From the NCBI GenBank assembly GCA_043228905.1, contig JBHGNT010000023.1, positions 310,001-374,000 of the forward strand: 64,000 nucleotides of DNA. The letters are read 5' to 3'. The stretch's first letter is position 1, and the number at the start of each line of letters is the position of its first letter. The notes beneath the pieces are model-generated. The model was given only the letters and a program-made list of their open reading frames with translations. It did no database searches and was not told the origin of the DNA. Below, one piece after another: positions 36,501 to 49,690 of this stretch. Position numbers and translations under genes: made by a program. The stretch is from Azolla caroliniana. Taxonomy: Eukaryota > Plantae > Polypodiophyta.

Positions 36501-39500
36501 AGAAATTAGTAAATTAGGGGAGGGACTTGATAAGAGCGCGTGAGTAAATTAAAATGTTCATACTTGGCTCGTGTGATCCCGGGATTTTGTGTTCAAAGAT
36601 GCGAATCGAAGCTAACAACACTAGCTATGATATGGAATTAAAAAATCAAGATTTTGAAACTCAGGTCGAGAGACATGAAGAAATTAGTAAAGTAGGGGAG
36701 GGAGTTGACAAGAGCGCGAGAGTAAATTAAAATGTTCATAGCTGGCTCGTGTGATATCGGATTTTAGTGTTCATAGATGCGAATCGAAGTAAACAACACT
36801 ACGTATGATATGGAATGAAAAAATCAAGATTTTGAAACTCAGGTCGAGAGACATGAAGAAATTAGTAAATTAGGGGAGGGAGTTGATAAGAGCGCGTGAG
36901 TAAATTAAAATGTTCATACTTGGCTCGTGTGATCCCGGGATTTTGTGTTCAAAGATGCGAATGGAAGCTAACAACCCTAGTTATGATATGGAATTAAAAA
37001 ATCAAGATTTTGAAACTCACGTCGAGAGACATGAAGAAATTAGTAAATTAGGGGAGGGAGTTGACAAGAGCGCGAGAGTAAATTAAAATGTTCATACCTG
37101 GCTCGTGTGATCCCGGATTTTTGTGTTCAAAGATGCCAATCGAAGCTAACAACACTAGTTATGATATGGAATTAAAAAATCAAGATTTTGAGACTCAAGT
37201 CGAGAGACATGAAGAAATTAGTAAATAAGGGAGGGAGTTGACAAGAGCGCGAGAGTAAATTAAAATGTTCATACCTGGCTCGTGTGATCCCGGAAATTTG
37301 TGTTCAAAGATGCGAATCGAAGCTAACAACACTAGCTATGATATGGAATTAAAAAATCAAGATTTTGAAACTCAGGTCGAGAGACATGAAGAAGTTAGTA
37401 AATTAGGGGAGGGTGTTGACAAGAGCGCGTGAGTAAATTAAAATGTTCATACCTGGCTCGTGTGATCCCGGATTTTTGTGTTCAAAGATGCCAATCGAAG
37501 CTAACAACACTAGTTATGATTTGAAATTAAAAAATCAAGATTTTGAAACTCAGGTCGAGAGACGTGAAGAAATTAGTAAATTAGGGGAGGGAGTTGACAA
37601 GAGCGCGAGAGTAAATTAAAATGTTCATAGCTGGCTCGTGTGATATCGGATTTTATTGTTCATAGATGGGAATCGAAGCAAACAACACTACGTATGATAT
37701 GGAATGAAAAAATCAAGATTTTGAAACTCAGGTCGAGAGACATGAATAAATTAGTAAATTAGAGGAGGGAGCTAAGAAGAGCGCGTGAGTAAATTAAAAT
37801 GTTCATAGCTGGCTCGTGTGATATCGGATTTTAGTGTTCAAACATGCGAATCGAAGCTAACAACACTAGCTATGATATGGAATTAAAAAATCAAGATTTT
37901 GAAACTTGGGTCGAGAGACATCAAGAAATTAGTAAATTACATGAGGGAGTTGAGAAGAGCGCGTGAGTAAATTAAAATGTTCATAGCTGGCTCGTGTGAT
38001 ATCGGATTTTAGTGTTCAAACATGCGAATCGAAGCTAACAACACTAGCTATGATATGGAATTAAAAAATCAAGATTTTGAAACTTGGGTCGAGAGACATC
38101 AAGAAATTAGTAAATTACATGAGGGAGTTGAGAAGAGCGCGTGAGTAAATTAAAATGTTCATAGCTGGCTCGTGTGATATCGGATTTTAGTGTTCAAACA
38201 TGCGAATTAAAGCTAACAACACTAGCTATGATAAGGAATTAAAAAATCAAGATTTTGAAACTTGGGTCGAGAGACATCAAGAAATTAGTAAATTACATGA
38301 GGGAGTTGAGAAGAGCGCGTGAGTAAATTAAAATGTTCATAGCTGGCTCGTGTGATATCGGATTTTAATGTTCAAACATGCGAATCAAAGCTAACAACAC
38401 TAGCTATGATAAGGAATTAAAAAATCAAGATTTTGAAACTTCGGTCGAGAGACATGAAGATATTAGTAAAGTAGGGGAGGGAGTTGAGGAGAGCGCGTGA
38501 GTAAATTAAAATGTTCATAGCTGGCTCGTGTGATCCCGGGATTTTGTGTTCAAAGATGCGAATCGAAGCTAACAACACTAACTATGACATGGAATTGAAA
38601 AATCAAGATTTTGAAACTTGGGTCGAGAGATATCAAGAAATTAGTAAATTACATCAGGGAGTTGAGAAGAGCGCGTGAGTAAATTAAAATGTTCATAGCT
38701 GGCTCGTGTGATATCGGATTTTAGTGTTCAAACATGCGAATCGAAGCTAACAACACTAGCTATGATATGGAATTAAAAAATCAAGATTTTGAAACTTGGG
38801 TCGAGAGACATCAAGAAATTAGTAAATTACATGAGGGAGTTGAGAAGAGCGCGTGAGTAAATTAAAATGTTCATAGCTGGCTCGTGTGATATCGGATTTT
38901 AGTGTTCAAACATGCGAATCAAAGCTAACAACACTAGCTATGATAAGGAATTAAAAAATCAAGATTTTGAAACTTGGGTCGAGAGACATCAGGAAATTAG
39001 TAAATTACATGAGGGAGTTGAGAAGAGCGCGTGAGTAAATTAAAATGTTCATAGCTGGCTCGTGTGATATCGGATTTTAGTGTTCAAACATTCGAATCAA
39101 AGCTAACAACACTAGCTATGATAAGGAATGAGAAAATCAAGATTTTGAAACTCAGGTCGAGAGACATGAAGATATTAGTAAATTAGAGGAGGGAGTTGAG
39201 AAGAGCGCGTGAGTAAATTAAAATGTTCATAGCTGGCTCGTGTGATCCCGGATTTTTATGTTCAAAGATGTGAATCGAAGCTAACAACACTACGTATGAT
39301 ATGGAATTAAAAAATCAAGATTTTGAAACTAAGGTCGAAAGACATCAAGAAATTAGTAAATTAGAGGAGGGAGCTAAGAAGAGCGCGTGAGTAAATTAAA
39401 ATGTTCATAGCTGGCTCGTGTGATATCGGATTTTAGTGTTCAAAGATGCGAATCGAAACTAACAACACGAGCTATGATATGGAATGAAAAAATCAAGATT

Positions 39501-41569
39501 TTGAAACTCAGGTCGAGAGACATGAAGAAATTAGTAAATTAGAGGAGGGGGTTGAGAAGAGCACGTGAGTAAATAAAATGTTCATAGCTGGCTCGTGTGA
39601 TCCCGGATTTTTATGTTCAAAGATGCGAATCGAAGCTAAGAACACTACGTATTATATGGAATGAAAAAACCAAGATTTTGAAACTCAGGTCGAGAGACAT
39701 GAAGAAATTAGTAAATTAGGGGAGGGAGTTGATAAGAGCGCGTGAGTAAATTAAAATGGTCATACTTGGCTCGTGTGATCCCGGGATTTTGTGTTCAAAG
39801 ATGCGAATCGAAGCTAACAACACTAGCTATGATATGGAATTAAAAAATCAAGATTTTGAAACTCAGGTCGAGAGACATGAAGAAGTTAGTAAATTAGGGG
39901 AGGGTGTTGACAAGAGCGCGTGAGTAAATTAAAATGTTCATAGCTGGCTCGTGTGATATCGGATTTTAGTGTTCAAAGATGCGAATCGAAACTAACAACA
40001 CGAGCTATCATATGGAATGAAAAAATCAAGATTTTGAAACTCACGTCGAGAGACATGAAGAAATTAGTAAATTAGAGGAGGGGGTTGAGAAGAGCACGTG
40101 AGTAAATTAAAATGTTCATAGCTGGCTCGTGTGATCCCGGATTTTTATGTTCAAAGATGCGAATCGAAGCTAACAACACTACGTATTATATGGAATGAAA
40201 AAATCAAGATTTTGAAACTCAGGTCGAGAGACATGAATAAATTAGTAAATTAGAGGAGGGAGCTAAGAAGAGCGCGTGAGTAAATTAAAATGTTCATACC
40301 TGGCTCGTGTAATCCCGGGATTTTGTGTTCAAAGATGCGAATCGAAGCTAACAACACTAGCTATGATATGGAATTAAAAAATCAAGATTTTGAAACTTGG
40401 GTCGAGAGACATCAAGAAATTAGTAAATTACATGAGGGAGTTGAGAACAGCGCGTGAGTAAATTAAAATGTTCATAGCTGGCTCGTGTGATATCGGATTT
40501 TAGTGTTCAAACATGCGAATCAAAGCTAACAACACTAGCTATGATAAGGAATTAAAAAATCAAGATTTTGAAACTTGGGTCGAGAGACATGAAGAAATTA
40601 GTAAATTAGGGGAGGGAGCTAAGAAGAGCGCGTGAGTAAATTAAAATGTTCATACCTGGCTCGTGTGATCCCGGGATTTTGTGTTCAAAGATGCCAATCG
40701 AAGCTAACAACACTAGCTGTGATATGGAATTAAAAAATCAAGATTTTGAAACTCAGGTCGAGAGACATGAAGAAGTTAGTAAATTAGAGGAGGGTGTGGA
40801 CAAGAGCGCGTGAGTAAATTAAAATGTTCATACCTGGCTCGTGTGATATCGGATTTTAGTGTTCAAATATGCGAATCGAAGCTAACAACACTTGCTATGA
40901 TATGGAATCAAAAAATCAAGATTTTGAAACTCAGGTCGAGAGACATGAAGAAATTAGTAAATTAGGGGAGGGAGTTGACAAGAGCGCGAGAGTAAATTAA
41001 AATGTTCATAGCTGGCTCGTGTGATATCGGATATGTAATTAAAAAATCAATATTTTGAAACTCAGGTCTAGAGACATGAATAAATTAGTAAATAAGGGAG
41101 GGAGTTGACAAGAGCGCGAGAGTAAATTAAAATGTTCATACCTGGCTCGTGTGATCCCGGAAATTTGTGTTCAAAGATGCGAATCGAAGCTAACAACACT
41201 AGCTATGATATGGAATTAAAAAATCAAGATTTTGAAACTCAGGTCGACAGACATGAAGAAGTTAGTAAATTAGGGGAGGGTGTTGACAAGAGCGCGTGAG
41301 TAAATTAAAATGTTCATACCTGGCTCGTGTGATCCCGGATTTTTGTGTTCAAAGATGCCAATCGAAGCTAACAACACTAGTTATGATATGGAATTAAAAA
41401 ATCAAGATTTTGAAACTCAGGTCGAGAGACGTGAAGAAATTAGTAAATTAGGGGAGGGAGTTGACAAGAGCGCGAGAGTAAATTAAAATGTTCATAGCTG
41501 GCTCGTGTGATATCGGATTTTATTGTTCATAGATGGGAATCGAAGCAAACAACATTACGTATGATATGG

Positions 41570-43880
41570 AATGAAAAAATCAAGATTTTGAAACTCAGGT
41601 CGAGAGACATGAAGAAATTAGTAAATTAGAGGACGGTGTTGACAAGAGCGCGTGAGTAAATTAAAATGTTCATACCTAGCTCGTGTGATATCGGATATTA
41701 GTGTTCAAACATGCCAATCAAAGCTAACAACACTAGCTATGATATGGAATTAAAAAATCGAGATTTTGAAACTTGGGTCGAGAGACATGAAGAAATTAGT
41801 AAATTAGGGGAGGGAGTTGAGAAGAGCGCGTGAGTAAATTAAAATGTTCATACCTGGCTCGTGTGATCCCGGATTTTTGTGTTCAAAGATGCGAATCGAA
41901 GCTAACAACACTAGCTATGATATGGAATTAAAAAATCAAGATTTTGAAACTCAGGTCGAGAGACATGAAGAAATTAGTAAATTAGGGGAGGGAGTTGACA
42001 AGAGCGCGTGAGTAAATTAAAATGTTCATACCTGGCTCGTGTGATCCCGGATTTTTGTGTTCAAAGATGCGAATCGAAGCTAACAACACTAGCTATGATA
42101 TGAAATGAAAAAATAAAGATTTTGAAACTCAGGTCGAGAGACATGAAGAAATTAGTAAATTAGAGGACGGTGTTGACAAGAGCGCGTGAGTAAATTAAAA
42201 TGTTCATACCTAGCTCGTGTGATATCGGATATTAGTGTTCAAACATGCCAATCAAAGCTAACAACACTAGCTATGATATGGAATTAAAAAATCGAGATTT
42301 TGAAACTTGGCTCGAGAGACATGAAGAAATTAGTAAATTAGGGGAGGGAGTTGAGAAGAGCGCGTGAGTAAATTAAAATGTTCATAGTTGGCTCGTGTGA
42401 TATCGGATTTTAGTGTTCAAACATGCGAATCGAAGCTAACAACACTAGCTAGGATATGGAATTAAAAAATCAATATTTTGAAACTCAGGTCGAGAGACAT
42501 GAAGAAATTAGTAAATTAGGGGAGGGAGTTGACAAGAGCGCGTGAGTAAATTAAAATGTTCATACCTGGCTCGTGTGATCCCGGATTTTTGTGTTCAAAG
42601 ATGCGAATCGAAGCTAACAACACTAGCTATGATATGAAATGAAAAAATAAAGATTTTGAAACTCAGGTCGAGAGACATGAAGAAATTAGTAAATTACAGG
42701 AGGGTGTTGACAAGAGCGCGTGAGTAAATTAAAATGTTCATACCTAGCTCGTGTGATATCGGATATTAGTGTTCAAACATGCCAATCAAAGCTAACAACA
42801 CTAGCTATGATATGGAATTAAAAAATCGAGATTTTGAAACTTGGGTCGAGAGACATGAAGAAATTAGTAAATTAGGGGAGGGAGTTGAGAAGAGCGCGTG
42901 AGTAAATTAAAATGTTCATAGCTGGCTCGTGTGATATCGGATTTTAGTGTTCAAACATGCGAATCGAAGCTAACAACACTAGCAGTGATATGGAATTAAA
43001 ATATCAAGATTTTGAATCTCAGGTCGAGAGACATGAAGAAGTTAGTAAATTAGGGGAGGGGGTTGACAAGAGCGCGAGAGTAAATTAAAATGTTCATACC
43101 TGGCTCGTGTGATACCGGATTTTTGTGTTCAAAGATGCGAATCGAAGCTAACAACACTAGCTATGATATGGAATTAAAAAATCAATATTTTGAAACTCAG
43201 GTCGACAGACATGAAGAAATTAGTAAATTAGGGGAGGGAGTTGACAAGAGCGCGAGAGTAAATTAAAATGTTCATACTTGGCTCGTGTGATCCCGAATTT
43301 TTGTGTTCAAAGATGCGAATCGAAGCTAACAACACTAGCTATGATATGAAATGAAAAAATAAAGATTTTGAGACTCAGGTCGAGAGACATGAAGAAATTA
43401 GTAAATTAGAGGAGGGTGTTGACAAGAGCGCGTGAGTAAATTAAAATGTTCATACCTAGCTCGTGTGATATCGGATATTAGTGTTCAAACATGCCAATCA
43501 AAGCTAACAACACTAGCTATGATATGGAATTAAGAAATCGAGATTTTGAAAGTTGGGTCGAGAGACATGAAGAAATTAGTAAATTAGGGGAGGGAGTTGA
43601 GAAGAGCGCGTGAGTAAATTAAAATGTTCATAGCTGGCTCGTGTGATATCGGATTTTAGTGTTCAAACATGCGAATCGAAGCTAACAACACTAGCTGTGA
43701 TATGGAATTAAAAAATCAAGATTTTGAATCTCAGGTCGAGAGACATGAAGAAGTTAGTAAATTAGGGGAGGGAGTTGACAAGAGCGCGAGAGTAAATTAA
43801 AATGTTCATACCTGGCTCGTGTGATCCCGGATTTTTGTGTTCAAAGATGCGAATCGAAGCTAACAACACTAGCTATGATA
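41570..43880. repeat. 3-monomer (534 bp) higher-order repeat subfamily, about 4 units (one unit expanded to 4 monomers)
   Basis: CATACCTAGC...GGATATTAG...AATCGAGATT marker set at 41671, 42205, 42739 (534 apart) and 43451 (+712). Confidence 0.8.
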
Positions 43881-45339
43881 TGGAATTAAAAAATCAAGAT
43901 TTTGAAACTCAGGTCGAGAGACATCAAGAAATTAGTAAATTAGGGGAGGGAGCTAAGAAGAGCGCGTGAGTAAATTAAAATGTTCATAGCTGGCTCGTGT
44001 GATATCGGATTTTAGTGTTCAAAGATGCGAATCGAAACTAACAACACGAGCTATGATATGGAATGAAAAAATCAAGATTTTGAAACTCACGTCGAGAGAC
44101 ATGAAGAAATTAGTAAATTAGAGGAGGGGGTTGAGAAGAGCACGTGAGTAAATTAAAATGTTCATAGCTGGCTCGTGTGATCCCGGATTTTTATGTTCAA
44201 AGATGCGAATCGAAGCTAACAACACTACGTATTATATGGAATGAAAAAATCAAGATTTTGAAACTGAGGTCGAGAGACATGAAGAAATTAGTAAATTAGG
44301 GGAGGGATTTGATAAGAGCGCGTGAGTAAATTAAAATGGTCATACTTGGCTCGTGTGATCCCGGGATTTTGTGTTCAAAGATGCGAATCGAAGCTAACAA
44401 CACTAGCTATGATATAGAATTAAAAAATCAAGATTTTGAAACTCAGGTCGAGAGACATGAAGAAGTTAGTAAATTAGGGGAGGGTGTTGACAAGAGCGCG
44501 TGAGTAAATTAAAATGTTCATACCTGGCTCGTGTGATCCCGGATTTTTGTGTTCAAAGATGCCAATCGAAGCTAACAACACTAGCTATGATATGGAATTA
44601 AAAAATCAAGATTTTGAAACTCAGGTCGAGAGACATGAAGAAATTAGTAAATTAGGGGAGGGAGTTGACAAGAGCGCGTGAGTAAATTAAAATGTTCATA
44701 CCTGGCTCGTGTGATCCCGGATTTTTATGTTCAAAGATGTGAATCGAAGCTAACAACACTACGTATGATATGGAATTAAAAAATCAAGATTTCGAAACTC
44801 AGGTCGAGAGACATCAAGAAATTAGTAAATTAGAGGAGGGAGCTAAGAAGAGCGCGTGAGTAAATTAAAATGTTCATAGCTGGCTCGTGTGATATCGGAT
44901 TTTAGTGTTCAAACATGCGAATCAAAGCAAACAACACTAGCTATGATAAGGAATTAAAAAATCAAGATTTTGAAACTTGGGTCGAGAGACATCAAGAAAT
45001 TAATAAATTACATGAGGGAGTTGAGAAGAGCGCGTGAGTAAATTAAAATGTTCATAGCTGGCTCGTGTGATATCGGATTTTAGTGTTCAAACATGCGAAT
45101 CAAAGCTAACAACACTAGCTATGATAAGGAATGAAAAAATCAAGATTTTGAAACTCAGGTCGAGAGACATGAAGATATTAGTAAATTAGAGGAGGGAGTT
45201 GAGAAAAGCGCGTGAGTAAATTAAAATGTTCATAGCTGGCTCGTGTGATCCCGGATTTTTATGTTCAAAGATGCCAATCGAAGCTAACAACACTAGTTAT
45301 GATATGGAATTAAAAAATCAAGATTTTGAAACTCAGGTC

Positions 45340-46450
45340 GAGAGACATGAAGAAATTAGTAAATTAGGGGAGGGAGTTGACAAGAGCGCGAGAGTAAATT
45401 AAAATGTTCATACCTGGCTCGTGTGATCCCGGAAATTTGTGTTCAAAGATGCGAATCGAAGCTAACAACACTAGCTATGATATGGAATTAAAAAATCAAG
45501 ATTTTGAAACTCAGGTCGAGAGACATGAAGAAGTTAGTAAATTAGGGGAGGGTGTTGCCAAGAGCGCGTGAGTAAATTAAAATGTTCATACCTGGCTCGT
45601 GTGATCCCGGATTTTTGTGTTCAAAGATGCCAATCGAAGCTAACAACACTAGTTATGATATGGAATTAAAAAATAAAGATTTTGAAACTCAGGTCGAGAG
45701 ACATAAAGAAATTAGTAAATTAGGGGAGGGAGTTCACAAGAGCGCGAGAGTAAATTAAAATGTTCATAGCTGGCTCGTGTGATATCGGATTTTAGTGTTC
45801 ATAGATGCGAATCGAAGCAAACAACACTACGTATGATATGGAATGAAAAAATCAAGATTTTGAAACTCAGGTCGAGAGACATGAAGAAATTAGTAAATTA
45901 GGGGAGGGATTTGATAAGAGCGCGTGAGTAAATTAAAATGGTCATACTTGGCTCGTGTGATCCCGGGATTTTGTGTTCAAAGATGCGAATCGAAGCTAAC
46001 AACACTAGCTATGATATAGAATTAAAAAATCAAGATTTTGAAACTCAGGTCGAGAGACATGAAGAAGTTAGTAAATTAGGGGAGGGTGTTGCCAAGAGCG
46101 CGTGAGTAAATTAAAATGTTCATACCTGGCTCGTGTGATCCCGGATTTTTGTGTTCAAAGATGCCAATCGAAGCTAACAACACTAGTTATGATATGGAAT
46201 TAAAAAATAAAGATTTTGAAACTCAGGTCGAGAGACATAAAGAAATTAGTAAATTAGGGGAGGGAGTTCACAAGAGCGCGAGAGTAAATTAAAATGTTCA
46301 TAGCTGGCTCGTGTGATATCGGATTTTAGTGTTCATAGATGCGAATCGAAGCAAACAACACTACGTATGATATGGAATGAAAAAATCAAGATTTTGAAAC
46401 TCAGGTCGAGAGACATGAAGAAATTAGTAAATTAGGGGAGGGAGTTGATA
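45340..46450. repeat. 3-monomer (534 bp) local duplication
   Basis: GGTGTTGCCAAG at 45551 and 46085; the ACATAAAG/GTTCACAAG monomer repeats at the same offset. Boundaries approximate. Confidence 0.7.
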
Positions 46451-47499
46451 AGAGCGCGTGAGTAAATTAAAATGTTCATACTTGGCTCGTGTGATCCCGG
46501 GATTTTGTGTTCAAAGATGCGAATCGAAGCTAACAGCACTAGCTACGATATGGAATTAAAAAATCAAGATTTTGAAACTCAGGTCGAGAGACATGAAGAA
46601 GTTAGTAAATTAGGGGAGGGTGTTGACAAGAGCGCGTGAGTAAATTAAAATGTTCATACCGGGCTCGTGTGATCCCGGATTTTTGTGTTCAAAGATGCGA
46701 ATCGAAGCTAACAACACTAGCTATGATATGGAATTAAAAAATCAAGATTTTGAAATTTGGGTCGAGAGACATGAAGAAATTAGTAAATTAGGGGAGGGAG
46801 CTAAGAAGAGCGCGTGAGTAAATTAAAATGTTCATAGCTGGCTCGTGTGATCCCGGATTTTTGTGTTCAAAGATTCGAATCGAAGCTAACAATACTAGCT
46901 ATGATATGGAATTAAAAAATCAATATTTTGAAACTCAGGTCGACAGACATGAAGAAATTAGTAAATTAGGGGAGGGAGTTGACAAGAGCGCGAGAGTAAA
47001 TTAAAATGTTCATACCTGGCTCGTGTGATCCCGAATTTTTGTGTTCAAAGATGCGAATCGAAGCTAACAACACTAACTATGATATGGAATTAAAAAATCA
47101 AGATTTTGAAACTTGGGTCGAGAGACATCAAGAAATTAGTAAATTACATGAGGGAGTTGAGAAGAGCGCGTGAGTAAATTAAAATGTTCATAGCTGGCTC
47201 GTGTGATATCGGATTTTAGTGTTCAAACATGCGAATCGAAGCTAACAACACTAGCTATGATATGGAATTAAAAAGTCAAGATTTTGAAACTCAGGTCGAG
47301 AGACATCAAGAAATTAGTAAATTAGAGGAGGGAGCTAAGAAGAGCGCGTCAGTAAATCAAAATGTTCATAGCTGGCTCGTGTGATATCGGATTTTAGTGT
47401 TCAAACATGCGAATCAAAGCTAACAACACTAGCTATGATAAGAAATGATTTTGAAACTCAGGTCGAGAGACATGAAGATATTAGTAAATTAGAGGAGGG

Positions 47500-49690
47500 A
47501 GTTGAGAAGAGCGCGTGAGTAAATTAAAATGTTCATAGCTGGCTCGTGTGATCCCGGATTTTTATGTTCAAAGATGCCAATCGAAGCTAACAACACTAGC
47601 TATGATAAGGAATGAAAAAATCAAGATTTTGAAACTCAGGTCGAGAGACATGAATATATTAGTAAATTAGGGGAGGGAGTTGAGAAGAGCGCGTGAGTAA
47701 ATTAAAATGTTCATAGCTGGCTCGTGTGATATCAGATTTTTGTGTTCAAACATGCGAATCGAAGCTAACAACACTAGCTATGATAAGGAATGAAAAAATC
47801 AAGATTTTAAAACTCAGGTCGAGAGACATGAAGAAGTTAGTAAATTAGGGGAGGGTGTTGACAAGAGCGCGTGAGTAAATTAAAATGTTCATACCTGGCT
47901 CGTGTGATCCCGGATTTTTGTGTTCAAAGATGCCAATCGAAGCTAACAACACTAGTTATGATATGGAATTAAAAAATAAAGATTTTGAAACTCAGGTCGA
48001 GAGACATAAAGAAATTAGTAAATTAGGGGAGGGAGTTCACAAGAGCGCGAGAGTAAATTAAAATGTTCATAGCTGGCTCGTGTGATATCGGATTTTAGTG
48101 TTCATAGATGCGAATCGAAGCAAACAACACTACGTATGATATGGAATGAAAAAATCAAGATTTTGAAACTCAGGTCGAGAGACATGAAGAAATTAGTAAA
48201 TTAGGGGAGGGAGTTGATAAGAGCGCGTGAGTAAATTAAAATGTTCATACTTGGCTCGTGTGATCCCGGGATTTTGTGTTCAAAGATGCGAATCGAAGCT
48301 AACAGCACTAGCGACGATATGGAATTAAAAAATCAAGATTTTGAAACTCAGGTCGAGAGACATGAAGAAGTTAGTAAATTAGGGGAGGGTGTTGACAAGA
48401 GCGCGTGAGTAAATTAAAATGTTCATACCTGGCTCGTGTGATCCCGGATTTTTGTGTTCAAAGATGCGAATCGAAGCTAACAACACTAGCTATGATATGG
48501 AATTAAAAAATCAAGATTTTGAAACTTGGGTCGAGAGACATGAAGAAATTAGTAAATTAGGGGAGGGAGCTAAGAAGAGCGCGTGAGTAAATTAAAATGT
48601 TCATAGCTGGCTCGTGTGATCCCGGATTTTTATGTTCAAAGATGCCAATCGAAGCTAACAACACTAGCTATGATAAGGAATGAAAAAATCAAGATTTTGA
48701 AACTCAGGTCGAGAGACATGAATATATTAGTAAATTAGGGGAGGGAGTTGAGAAGAGCGCGTGAGTAAATTAAAATGTTCATAGCTGGCTCGTGTGATAT
48801 CAGATTTTTGTGTTCAAACATGCGAATCGAAGCTAACAACACTAGCTATGATAAGGAATGAAAAAATCAAGATTTTAAAACTCAGGTCGAGAGACATGAA
48901 GAAGTTAGTAAATTAGGGGAGGGTGTTGACAAGAGCGCGTGAGTAAATTAAAATGTTCATACCTGGCTCGTGTGATCCCGGATTTTTGTGTTCAAAGATG
49001 CCAATCGAAGCTAACAACACTAGTTATGATATGGAATTAAAAAATAAAGATTTTGAAACTCAGGTCGAGAGACATAAAGAAATTAGTAAATTAGGGGAGG
49101 GAGTTCACAAGAGCGCGAGAGTAAATTAAAATGTTCATAGCTGGCTCGTGTGATATCGGATTTTAGTGTTCATAGATGCGAATCGAAGCAAACAACACTA
49201 CGTATGATATGGAATGAAAAAATCAAGATTTTGAAACTCAGGTCGAGAGACATGAAGAAATTAGTAAATTAGGGGAGGGAGTTGATAAGAGCGCGTGAGT
49301 AAATTAAAATGTTCATACTTGGCTCGTGTGATCCCGGGATTTTGTGTTCAAAGATGCGAATCGAAGCTAACAGCACTAGCGACGATATGGAATTAAAAAA
49401 TCAAGATTTTGAAACTCAGGTCGAGAGACATGAAGAAGTTAGTAAATTAGGGGAGGGTGTTGACAAGAGCGCGTGAGTAAATTAAAATGTTCATACCTGG
49501 CTCGTGTGATCCCGGATTTTTGTGTTCAAAGATGCGAATCGAAGCTAACAACACTAGCTATGATATGGAATTAAAAAATCAAGATTTTGAAACTTGGGTC
49601 GAGAGACATGAAGAAATTAGTAAATTAGGGGAGGGAGCTAAGAAGAGCGCGTGAGTAAATTAAAATGTTCATAGCTGGCTCGTGTGATCC
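47500..49690. repeat. 6-monomer (1068 bp) tandem duplication, 2 copies
   Basis: TGAATATATTAG at 47651 and 48719; GCGACGAT at 48311 and 49379. Confidence 0.85.
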
